64,000 nt of DNA from Candidatus Babelota bacterium (GTDB taxonomy: Bacteria > Babelota > Babeliae > Babelales > Chromulinivoraceae): NCBI GenBank assembly GCA_026389025.1, contig JAPLIQ010000022.1:1946-65945 (forward strand). Direction: 5' to 3'. The position numbers were made by a program, and so were the translations under genes. Shown piece after piece: positions 28,398 through 36,902 of this stretch. The notes below the pieces were generated by a model. It made no database searches and was not told the origin of the DNA. It worked only from the letters and a program-made list of their open reading frames with translations. How positions within the stretch are numbered: the first letter of the stretch is position 1; each line of letters begins with the position of its first letter.

Positions 28398-29456
28398 ATG
28401 ATCAAAACAATGTTTAAAAACTTTATACCTGCGCGCAATTGGGTAAGTTTGTTTTCAAATGATATCGCAATTGATTTAGGAACAGCAAATACGCTTGTGT
28501 ATGTTCGTAACAAAGGAATCGTTCTTGACGAGCCGTCTGTCGTAGCCATTAAAAATAGTACGAAGAAAGTTCTTGCTGCAGGAAAAGCTGCAAAAGAAAT
28601 GCTCGGAAAAACTCCAGAAAGTATCACAGCATGTCGTCCAATTCGTGATGGAGTTATTGCTGATTTTGAATTAACCGAAGCAATGCTTCGTTATTTTATT
28701 CGTAAAGTTCACAATAATCGTCGTACGCTTGTCGCACCTCGTATGATTATTGCAGTACCGTCTGGAATTACTCAAGTTGAACGCCGTGCAGTTATTGACT
28801 CGGCAAAACAAGCAGGGGCACGCGATAAACCTATGACCATCATTGAACCAATGGCAGCAGCTATCGGAGCAGGTCTTCAGATTCATGAGCCGTTTTGTAG
28901 CATGGTTGTCGATATTGGTGGAGGAACTACAGAAGTTGCAGTTATCACTTTGAGTGGAGCAGTTTTCTGCAGATCAATTCGTGTTGGCGGTGACGCAATG
29001 GACCGCGCGATTGTTGCTTACATTAAAAGAAAATATAATTTGCTCATCGGTGAACGCACTGGTGAAGTTATTAAAATGGAAATTGGCACAGTGATGCTTG
29101 AAGGTCCGTCAAAAGTCCTTGATGTTAAAGGTCGTGATTTAGTAACTGGTGTACCAAAAACAATTACGCTAACTGATGCAGAAGTTAATGAAGCATTACT
29201 AGAAACAATATCAAACATTGTTGACGTTGTTCGTGTTGCGCTTGAAAATACACCACCAGAATTGTCATCAGATTTAGTTGACCGTGGAATAGTAATGGCT
29301 GGAGGAGGTTCGCTTCTTCGTGGTCTGGATAAATTGCTGGCAAAAGAAACAGGTATTCCTGTGCGCATAGCAAAAAATCCATTACTGTGTGTGGTTGAAG
29401 GTGCTGGAAAAGTACTTGAGCAGCTTGAATTCTTCAAAGATGCGTTAATCGATTAA
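28398..29456 (+). CDS. mreB: rod-shape protein MreB
   Basis: IAIDLGTANTLVY, DIGGGTTEVAV and MAGGGSLLRGLD. Confidence 0.95.
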   Translation: MIKTMFKNFIPARNWVSLFSNDIAIDLGTANTLVYVRNKGIVLDEPSVVAIKNSTKKVLAAGKAAKEMLGKTPESITACRPIRDGVIADFELTEAMLRYFIRKVHNNRRTLVAPRMIIAVPSGITQVERRAVIDSAKQAGARDKPMTIIEPMAAAIGAGLQIHEPFCSMVVDIGGGTTEVAVITLSGAVFCRSIRVGGDAMDRAIVAYIKRKYNLLIGERTGEVIKMEIGTVMLEGPSKVLDVKGRDLVTGVPKTITLTDAEVNEALLETISNIVDVVRVALENTPPELSSDLVDRGIVMAGGGSLLRGLDKLLAKETGIPVRIAKNPLLCVVEGAGKVLEQLEFFKDALID

Positions 29457-29460
29457 AACT

Positions 29461-30255
29461 ATGAATTACAGCAAACCACGCCTCCAAGGTATTGAATTAA
29501 AGAAAAGATATGGCCAGCATTTTTTAAAAGATCGGACGTATGTCGATCGAATGATTTCTGCTGTTCATTTGGATAATACTGTTTCTGTCATGGAAATTGG
29601 ATGCGGAGAAGGAATTTTGACAGGAGCAATCCTTGAAGGTCCGTGCAAACAATTAAAAGTTTTTGAGATTGATGGGCAATGGGCTGAGCATGTACAAAAT
29701 AAGTATGGCTCGGACAGCAGGCTGCATGTGATTGAAAATAACATTTTGGATGTTTATTGGGACACGCTCCTGCCTGAAGCACCTTGGGTTCTTTTGGCAA
29801 ATCTTCCCTATCAAATAACGTTTCCTATTTTGTATTTACTCCAAAAAAATAGAGAAATGTTTTTGGAAGGCGTAATTATGATTCAAGAAGAAGTTGCGCA
29901 AAAAATTGTGAAAACTTCTGGACGCGGTCATGGTTATTCTTCTTTGTATTTTCAACATTATTTTGATTGGAAGTTAATGGATAAAATTGCTCCTGAAGCT
30001 TTTTATCCAGCGCCTAACGTTTTTTCTCGGTTGTTGTACTTTAAACCCAAAAAAGTTGTTCAAGTAATTGAACGTGAAGAAGAGTTTTGGAAGTTTATTA
30101 AATTGTGTTTTGTGCAACCGCGCAGAACATTTCGCAACAATCTAGCTCAGTCACATTTTGATATAGAAAAATTGGACGAGCAAACATTGAAAAAACGCGC
30201 TGAGCAACTTTCAATGGAAGAGTTTTTACAGGTTTGGCAGCTTTTAATTGCATAA
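29461..30255 (+). CDS. rsmA: 16S rRNA (adenine1518/1519-N6)-dimethyltransferase
   Basis: YGQHFLKD, EIGCGEGILT (SAM site) and ANLPYQIT. Confidence 0.9.
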   Translation: MNYSKPRLQGIELKKRYGQHFLKDRTYVDRMISAVHLDNTVSVMEIGCGEGILTGAILEGPCKQLKVFEIDGQWAEHVQNKYGSDSRLHVIENNILDVYWDTLLPEAPWVLLANLPYQITFPILYLLQKNREMFLEGVIMIQEEVAQKIVKTSGRGHGYSSLYFQHYFDWKLMDKIAPEAFYPAPNVFSRLLYFKPKKVVQVIEREEEFWKFIKLCFVQPRRTFRNNLAQSHFDIEKLDEQTLKKRAEQLSMEEFLQVWQLLIA

Positions 30256-30272
30256 ATAAGCTTAAATTTTAT

Positions 30273-30309
30273 AGGCTCGAATTCAGTTTGGATTCGGGCC
30301 TATTTTTTT
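30273..30309 (+). terminator. rho-independent terminator directly abutting the next gene's RBS
   Basis: AGGCTCGAAT-loop-ATTCGGGCCT plus TATTTTTTT, immediately followed by AAGGAG and the GTG at 30323. Duplicated at 33716. Confidence 0.55.
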
Positions 30310-30322
30310 AAGGAGAAGCTTT

Positions 30323-33300
30323 GTGAAGAAAATAATAGTAAGCTTGGTGGCAATTTTTAGTTGTGGTTCAGTTCAGGCTATTAATATTAAATTGCTTAAG
30401 GGTACGCATACTATTGCGCCAGAGAATTATAGTCCTGTTATGGGAGTATCGTTTTTAGAGTGTGGGATTGCAGAGCAGTGGTATAAATTGAGTGCTCGAA
30501 GTCAAGCAGCGCAACTGAAAGAAGTTTTAGAAAAAAATCCTAAGGCTCTGATTGACAATCCTGAGCTAACAAAATTTACTCAAAATATGCCAAAAAATAG
30601 CGCAACAGAAGATTTGATTATGTTGATGTTTCACATAGCTGGTGGATCATTTGGTGTGACTAATGCAGATGATAATCCTGTGAAATATTTAGAGCCGATG
30701 CATATTGGAAAAATTTTACAAGTCGTGCAAAAGTGGGAACAAGCATCTGCGAATTCAGAAAAAATGGCAGCATTAAAGGTTCAAGCAATATCGAAAAAAT
30801 CTGAGTACGATATAAAAATAACAAGTTTGCAGAAGGAAATGTCTCAGCTAAATACTAAAATTTTAGCAGCAAAAAAAACAGGTAATGATTCTTTGGTTGC
30901 CAGCCTACAAAATGAGTTAGGTTTAAAAAATGCAGATCGTGTAAAATATCAAGCTTTATCAAAAAAATTAGTAAGTCATGAGTCAATAGACTTTGTCGAA
31001 CAATCTTTGCAACAAGAATTAAATGATTTGTGTATGAGTTTTAAATTTGAACGTAAAAACAAAAAGTTGTTTACGGAAGGTGACTGGAATTCATTTGCAA
31101 AGCCGCTTATTGGATCAATTAAAGAAAGCACTGATAATCAGCGATTATACGCCGAAAATACGACGCAAGGTATTTTGCTTGGGTTTATGCTTAAAAAATC
31201 AAATACGCGTAATGATTTGCAGAGTTATTTCAGGGGACTTTTAAAGGATGAAGCCTTTGTTTTGCCTTTGACAAAGGAATATAGCTCTGCAGAAATAAAT
31301 AAAATTCTTGCTGAAAAAACAGATACTTCTAATTTTGAGAAATTGGCAGATTTATTGTCTGCATATACGAGTAAAAAATTGTATGAATCAGTCCTTCCGA
31401 GCATAACAGGCTATCAATTTGTTAACTATAAAGGGATAGAGTATTCAGATTGTATGGACACTGTGATTCGTGTGCTTGTAAATATTGTAACTTATCAACC
31501 AAATGAAAATAAGCTTGGGGTTACTCCGAGCGGTTTGCGGTTAAATAAAGAAGCTCAAGAATTTTATAAGTCAGAAGATGGACTTTGTGAAAATCCTGCA
31601 GAGGTTGGCAATATCAAGGTACATGAAGCCTGGGCTAACGTTGCTTCAAATATTCCTGGTTGCGTGTATAAACAAATAGGAACTGGGCCAGAAAATGTAA
31701 TGTCTACTCCGCCAGAAGGATTTGATGGATTTATGCCAGTCGACTATACCTTTACCCAGAAAGCTCCAGGAAAAATTGAAATAGATGGTACATCTTATGA
31801 TTCTTATCCTGTAACGGTTGGTGTAAAAACATATACATTGGTACAAAAAAAAGTTGGCAATGCGACTTATTTGCTTGTGCCAAAAAATTCAGAACTTTTT
31901 TGCTGTGAAATGAGAACTAACTTATTAAATATTGTTATAGCGTTAAGTAAGATCCTTGATTTAGGTCTTTACTCAAAATTTGATGAAATATATGAGCCTG
32001 ATTTTGCCTTAAATAAATTTAAGCAGCTTTGTGAAAAGTTGAATTGGGAGCCTTTAGTTGAGATAACAAAACTTGATCAGACAGGGGAAATGATTATTCC
32101 TATTAATGTTGGGCAAAGTAAATTTTCTCTTAATTTGGACTATAATCGTCATGCAAAAATTACTGATATAATTGAAAAAACATACAATGTTAATCTTGAA
32201 GTATCACCAGCAACAAGTCAGTCAAGAGTTGCTGCAATAGTTGGAGTTGGCCTTAAAAAAATAGCAGTTCTTCCTGATGACTTACAAGCAGCTTGTTTGT
32301 ATAAAAATGTAGCTGCTTTAAGTATTAATCAGCGCATTGAGGTTGTTGACGAGATGCTTAAAGATAAAAATAGTTTGAAAGATGTGGAAAAAAATTATGT
32401 TAAATGTTTAATCATGAGTTTTAGTTTGGTTGATCATTTAAGCTATTTACCAATAATAGTTGACTATTTTGGGGAAGACTTGAAAAAAGTAGGGTTGGGT
32501 GATTTTATTGTATCAGCTTTAAATCTACATGATGCTACACATAAAAGTGATCTTCTTCTGCTATCATTGTCAAACTTGATTAAATATGAATTAATAACAG
32601 GGGATCAAATATTGCCACTGCTTCCAGTGATTGAAAAAGGACTGAGTAGTTCAAGTAGCTCTGTTCAATCTGCCGCTATTTCAGCAGTTACTAGTTTAAT
32701 AGGAGCTAAGTTAGTAACAGTTGATCAAGTATTGCCATTGCTTGCAAAAGGACTGAGTGGTACAGATTTGTCTACTCAATCGACTGCTATGTCAGAAGTT
32801 ACTAGTTTAATAGAAGCTAAATTAGTAACAGTTGATCAAGTATTGCCATTGCTTGAAAATGGAATGAGTAGTGCACGTTTGAATGTTCAAAATGAAGCTA
32901 TCTCAGGAATTAATGATTTAATAAAATCTAATCTAGTAGCAGTTGATCAAGTATTGCCATTGCTTAAAATCCTTGAAAAAGGACTAGATAGTACAGATTC
33001 GGATATTGAATATAAAGCTATCTCAGGAATTAATGATTTAATAAAGTCTAACTTAGTAACAGTTGATCAAGTATTGCCATTGCTTGCAAAAGGACTGAGT
33101 AGTCTTAATTTTAACGTTGAAAATAGAGCTATCTCAGGAATTAATGATTTAATAAAATCTAACCTAGTAACGGTTGATCAAGCATTGCCATTGCTTGACA
33201 TACTTGAAAAAGGACTAGGTAGAACGCCTACTATTGAGCAGAAAGCTATTTCAGGAATTAATGGTTTAATCAAATTTAAATTAGTAACTGCGGATCAAGT

Positions 33301-33499
33301 ATTTTCATTGGTTAAAGCAAGATGGAGTCATGTAAATAAAAATTCTCAAGAGCTCTTTCTGAAAACAGTTGAAAGTTTAGTTGAAGCAGAAATGATAACT
33401 AAATTAGAAATTCAGAGTTTAATTGTTGGGGCAAAAGATAACAAAATTGGTAAAAAATTAGCAGAATTAAAGGCTAAAGCAACCAGTTTCAATTCATAA
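30323..33499 (+). CDS. large secreted protein, paralog 1: orphan ~640-aa N-domain, coiled coil, seven HEAT-like repeats
   Basis: 1058 aa. AAGGAG SD plus GTG start. Signal peptide MKKIIVSLVAIFSCGSVQA. Roughly two-thirds to three-quarters identical by eye to 33766-36804 over the N-domain. Confidence 0.75.
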   Translation: MKKIIVSLVAIFSCGSVQAINIKLLKGTHTIAPENYSPVMGVSFLECGIAEQWYKLSARSQAAQLKEVLEKNPKALIDNPELTKFTQNMPKNSATEDLIMLMFHIAGGSFGVTNADDNPVKYLEPMHIGKILQVVQKWEQASANSEKMAALKVQAISKKSEYDIKITSLQKEMSQLNTKILAAKKTGNDSLVASLQNELGLKNADRVKYQALSKKLVSHESIDFVEQSLQQELNDLCMSFKFERKNKKLFTEGDWNSFAKPLIGSIKESTDNQRLYAENTTQGILLGFMLKKSNTRNDLQSYFRGLLKDEAFVLPLTKEYSSAEINKILAEKTDTSNFEKLADLLSAYTSKKLYESVLPSITGYQFVNYKGIEYSDCMDTVIRVLVNIVTYQPNENKLGVTPSGLRLNKEAQEFYKSEDGLCENPAEVGNIKVHEAWANVASNIPGCVYKQIGTGPENVMSTPPEGFDGFMPVDYTFTQKAPGKIEIDGTSYDSYPVTVGVKTYTLVQKKVGNATYLLVPKNSELFCCEMRTNLLNIVIALSKILDLGLYSKFDEIYEPDFALNKFKQLCEKLNWEPLVEITKLDQTGEMIIPINVGQSKFSLNLDYNRHAKITDIIEKTYNVNLEVSPATSQSRVAAIVGVGLKKIAVLPDDLQAACLYKNVAALSINQRIEVVDEMLKDKNSLKDVEKNYVKCLIMSFSLVDHLSYLPIIVDYFGEDLKKVGLGDFIVSALNLHDATHKSDLLLLSLSNLIKYELITGDQILPLLPVIEKGLSSSSSSVQSAAISAVTSLIGAKLVTVDQVLPLLAKGLSGTDLSTQSTAMSEVTSLIEAKLVTVDQVLPLLENGMSSARLNVQNEAISGINDLIKSNLVAVDQVLPLLKILEKGLDSTDSDIEYKAISGINDLIKSNLVTVDQVLPLLAKGLSSLNFNVENRAISGINDLIKSNLVTVDQALPLLDILEKGLGRTPTIEQKAISGINGLIKFKLVTADQVFSLVKARWSHVNKNSQELFLKTVESLVEAEMITKLEIQSLIVGAKDNKIGKKLAELKAKATSFNS
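32591..33400 (+). repeat. in-frame tandem DNA repeats of 111-120 bp encoding 37-40-aa HEAT/ARM-like units
   Basis: Unit starts (TTAGTAACAGTTGATCAAGTATTGCCATTGCTT or variants) at about 32591, 32711, 32822, 32933, 33053, 33164 and 33281. Peptide unit: LVTVDQVLPLL..KGL......AISGINDLIKSN. Confidence 0.85.
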
Positions 33500-33554
33500 A
33501 AAAGTTATTTTGTCCAAAAATCAAAAACAAGAAATAATTAAAAGAATCAAGCAA

Positions 33555-33698
33555 GTGCAACCCCGCAGAACATTTCGCAACAATCTAGCTCAGTCACATT
33601 TTGATATAGAAAAATTGGACGAGCAAACATTGAAAAAACGCGCTGAGCAACTTTCGATGGAAGAGTTTTTGCACATTTGGAAGCTTTTAATTGTATAA
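33555..33698 (+). pseudogene. duplicated 3' fragment of rsmA (last ~47 codons)
   Basis: Only a handful of mismatches by eye versus 30112-30255. The ORF-track ORF 33510-33698 is a junction chimera: a remnant of the large protein's tail (KNQKQEIIKRIK) joined to the rsmA tail. Confidence 0.85.
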
Positions 33699-33715
33699 AC
33701 AACTTTAATTTTTAT

Positions 33716-33752
33716 AGGCTCGAATTCAGTTTGGATTCGGGCCTATTTTTTT
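33716..33752 (+). terminator. duplicate of the rsmA terminator
   Basis: Same hairpin and T-run as 30273-30309, followed by AAGGAG and the GTG at 33766. Confidence 0.55.
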
Positions 33753-33765
33753 AAGGAGAAGCTTT

Positions 33766-36700
33766 GTGAAGAAAATAATAGTAAGTTTGGTGGCAATTTT
33801 TAGTTATGTTTCAGTTCAAGCAACTGTTAGTCCTATATGGCTTAAGGGTACTGTTGTTAAGGGGCTAGAGAATTGTAGTCCTTTTATGGGGCTATCGTTT
33901 TTAGAGTGGGGGATTGCAGAGCAATGGTATAAGCTGTGTCCAAAAGAGCTACAAAGGCAGATGGAAGAAGTTTTTAAAGAAAATCCTGAGGCTTTGCGTG
34001 ATAATCCTAAGCTAGCAAAATTTGTTAAAGAAATTGGTAAAAATAGCGCGACAGAAGATTTGGTTATGTCGATGTTTCATATAGCTGGCGGATCATTTGG
34101 TTTGACTAATGCAGATGATAATCCTGTGAAATATTTAGAGCCAAAACATATTGGAAAAATTTTACGCATAGTGCATAAGTGGACTGAGGCATCTTTAGAT
34201 CCAGAAAAAATCAAGACTTTAAAAAATGAAGCTAAAGATAAGAAAGCTATACATAAAGCAGCTATAGCGGAAATAGGAAAAGAAACGTCACGGTTAGCTG
34301 GAGTAATTTCAAGAGCGCAAAAATTAAATGAAGAGGTAGCGGACAGGAAAAATGAGTTAGAGATCAAAAACGCAAAGCTTAAAGAACATCAAACTTTATC
34401 AGGAAAAGTAGTAAGTCATGAGTCAACAGACTTTGTAGAAAAATCTTTGCAACAAGAATTAAATGATCTATGTATGAGTTTCGAATTTAAAGGCAAAAAC
34501 AAAAAGTTGTTTCCGGAAGCTCAATGGAAATCATTTGTAACGTCGCTTGTTGGATCAATTCAAGAAAGCACTGGTGCTCAGCGATCATACGCCGAAAATA
34601 CGCCGCAGGGTATTTTGTTGGGGTTTATGCTTAAAAAATCCAATAATAAAGATGATTTACAAAGTTATTTCAGGGGGCTTTTAAACAATGAAACCTTTGT
34701 TTTATCGCCTCAAGAGGAATATAGTTCTACAGAAATGTCTCAGACTCTTGCTAGAAAAACAGATGCCTCTGATTTTGAGAAATTTTCAGATTTATTATCT
34801 GCATTCACGATTAAAGCACTGTATGAAGCAGGTCTTCCAAGGATAACAGGCCATCAAAGTGTTAACTATAAAGGGATACAATTTGTAGATTGTATGGACA
34901 CTGCAATTCGTATGCTTGCAAATATTGTAACTTATCAACCAAATAAAAATAAGCTTGGGGTTACTCCGAGCGGTTTGCGGTTAAATAAAGAAGCTCAAGA
35001 ATTTTATAATTCAGAAAAGGGACTTTGTGCAGATCCTGCAGAAGTTGGTAATAGTAAGGTGCATCAGGCCTGGACTAACGTTGTTTCAAATATTTCTGGC
35101 TGCGTGTATAAACAAATAGGAAAAGGACCAGGCAGTGTAATCTCTGCTCCGCCAGAAGGATTTGATGGATTTATGCCAGTCGATTATATTTCTACCCAGA
35201 CAGCTTCAGGAGAAATTGAAATAGATGGTAAATCTTATAAATCTTATGCTTTAAAAATTGGTGGGACAGTATATACATTAGCACAAAAAAAAGTTGGCAA
35301 TGCCACTTATTTGCTTGTACCAAAAAATTCAGAACTTTTTTGTTGTGAAATAAGAACTAACTTATTAAATACTGTTATAGCGTTGAATAAGATTTTTGAT
35401 TTAGATCTTTACTCAAAATTTGATGATATATATGAGCCTAATTTTGCCTTAAAGAAATTTACACAGCTTTGTGAAAAGTTCAATTGGGAGCCTCAAGTTG
35501 ATATAACGAAGCTTGATCCGACAAAGGATATGATTATTCCTATTAAGGTTGGGCAAAATGAATTTTCTATTCATTTAGGCTATAATACGCATGGAGCAGT
35601 TACTAATAAAAATAAACTTGCCACGAGTGTTAATCTTGAGGTACCTGATGGAACAAGTCAGCCAGTAATTGCTGCAATAGTTAGTGCAGGACTAAAAAAA
35701 ATAAGGGATTTGCCAAAAAATTTACAACCAGGATATTTATATAAAAACGTAGATATTTCAACTGATGAAAAAAGATATCAAACTATTCTTAGTATCTTTC
35801 AATCTGCACCAGCAGAGCAAACCTATCTTAAAAAATTAATACAGAGTTTTAGTTTTGTTGAAAATGAAGAATATTTAGGCAAAATAATAACGAAAGTTTT
35901 AAATCCTCTTGAAGATGAAAAAACAATAACGGCAAGTCATAATACATTAATTGAATTTGTTTTATCTGCCGCTCTGATTCATTCCCTTCAGTATAAATCA
36001 AGCACTCTGGTATTTGATTATTTATCATCGTTTATTAAATATAACATCTTAACCATAAAAGAAGCGCTATCATTGCTTGAAAAAGGACTTGATAGTTCAT
36101 TGTGGAAAGTTGTAGATAGCAGTTGCCGAGAAATTATTGCGTTAATAAAAGAAAAATTAGTTGCAGTAGGTCAAATAGCTCCCTTAATGGAAAAAGCAGC
36201 CGGTAATAAAAATGTTAACGTTCAAAAGATGTTTTTAAAGGAAATTTTATCGCTTATAAATGACAAATTACTTACAGCAGATCAAGTGTGGCCAATTGTT
36301 GAAGAAGGATTAAAGAGCAAAGATCTTTATAATAGGAGTCATTCTGTAAACATAATTACAGCATTGGTTAAAGAAGGAATTGCAACTAAATCAAAAATTG
36401 ATCAATTATTGCCTTTTGTTGAACAAGGGTTGAGATATTCAAATACGTTTTTGCAAAGAGCGTCTGTGAGAATGATTGAATCATTGGCTGAAGCAGGAAT
36501 GATAACTCAATCAAAAATTGAGAGTTTAATTAATCTGCCAATAACTGATGATGTTAAGGAAAAATTAGAAATATTAAAGGTGAAGGCACCAGTTTCAATT
36601 TTTAAAAAGGTGAAGTTGTCACCAAAACAAACAGAAGAAATAATTAAAAGAATTAATCCAAAGCCTTATGAAAAAAAGCAGGCAATGCAAGAACAGCATC

Positions 36701-36804
36701 AAAGAGAGCTGGAAGCGCAAGAACGGTCAGAGAAAGAAGCAAGGGCGCAAAAAGAAGCAAGTGCGCAAAGGAATGATTCTGCTTCGCATGAAGTAATTCG
36801 TTAG
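33766..36804 (+). CDS. large secreted protein, paralog 2: same N-domain, four degenerate HEAT-like repeats, Lys/Glu/Gln-rich tail
   Basis: 1012 aa. Signal peptide MKKIIVSLVAIFSYVSVQA. C-terminal tail ...EEIIKRINPKPYEKKQAMQEQHQRELEAQERSEKEARAQKE. Confidence 0.75.
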   Translation: MKKIIVSLVAIFSYVSVQATVSPIWLKGTVVKGLENCSPFMGLSFLEWGIAEQWYKLCPKELQRQMEEVFKENPEALRDNPKLAKFVKEIGKNSATEDLVMSMFHIAGGSFGLTNADDNPVKYLEPKHIGKILRIVHKWTEASLDPEKIKTLKNEAKDKKAIHKAAIAEIGKETSRLAGVISRAQKLNEEVADRKNELEIKNAKLKEHQTLSGKVVSHESTDFVEKSLQQELNDLCMSFEFKGKNKKLFPEAQWKSFVTSLVGSIQESTGAQRSYAENTPQGILLGFMLKKSNNKDDLQSYFRGLLNNETFVLSPQEEYSSTEMSQTLARKTDASDFEKFSDLLSAFTIKALYEAGLPRITGHQSVNYKGIQFVDCMDTAIRMLANIVTYQPNKNKLGVTPSGLRLNKEAQEFYNSEKGLCADPAEVGNSKVHQAWTNVVSNISGCVYKQIGKGPGSVISAPPEGFDGFMPVDYISTQTASGEIEIDGKSYKSYALKIGGTVYTLAQKKVGNATYLLVPKNSELFCCEIRTNLLNTVIALNKIFDLDLYSKFDDIYEPNFALKKFTQLCEKFNWEPQVDITKLDPTKDMIIPIKVGQNEFSIHLGYNTHGAVTNKNKLATSVNLEVPDGTSQPVIAAIVSAGLKKIRDLPKNLQPGYLYKNVDISTDEKRYQTILSIFQSAPAEQTYLKKLIQSFSFVENEEYLGKIITKVLNPLEDEKTITASHNTLIEFVLSAALIHSLQYKSSTLVFDYLSSFIKYNILTIKEALSLLEKGLDSSLWKVVDSSCREIIALIKEKLVAVGQIAPLMEKAAGNKNVNVQKMFLKEILSLINDKLLTADQVWPIVEEGLKSKDLYNRSHSVNIITALVKEGIATKSKIDQLLPFVEQGLRYSNTFLQRASVRMIESLAEAGMITQSKIESLINLPITDDVKEKLEILKVKAPVSIFKKVKLSPKQTEEIIKRINPKPYEKKQAMQEQHQRELEAQERSEKEARAQKEASAQRNDSASHEVIR

Positions 36805-36870
36805 TAGATTCTAAATTTTTTATTTTCACATATTTGGCAAATGTGTGAAAAATATAATTAAAGTTCTTAT

Positions 36871-36902
36871 AATCCCCGCAGAGATGTGGGGATTATTTTT
36901 TT
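36871..36902 (+). terminator. rho-independent terminator between convergent genes
   Basis: AATCCCC-loop-GGGGATT followed by ATTTTTTT. The right arm overlaps the stop codon of the minus-strand permease gene. A second hairpin (TTCACATAT...ATGTGTGAA) lies at 36825-36849. Confidence 0.5.

Noticed and set aside
29018-29437. Long antisense ORFs inside well-supported genes, e.g. 29018-29437 in mreB, 16765-17019 in ftsZ, 21195-21488 in the pentapeptide gene, 61011-61421 in atpE, 7108-7455 in pheT and 34077-34367
   Set aside because: They are shadow ORFs opposite strongly conserved coding sequence. They have no independent motifs, SD sequences or plausible composition.
32591-33400. Regular ~111-bp direct repeats as a possible CRISPR array or satellite
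   Set aside because: The repeats are contiguous with no unique spacers, are much longer than CRISPR repeats, and stay in frame inside a long ORF encoding helical-repeat units. No cas genes are nearby.
33510-33698. 62-aa ORF between the two large paralogs
   Set aside because: It is a chimera created by the tandem-duplication junction: a remnant of the large protein's tail plus the last ~47 codons of rsmA. It has a non-ATG (TTG) start and no SD. I treat it as a pseudogene fragment.
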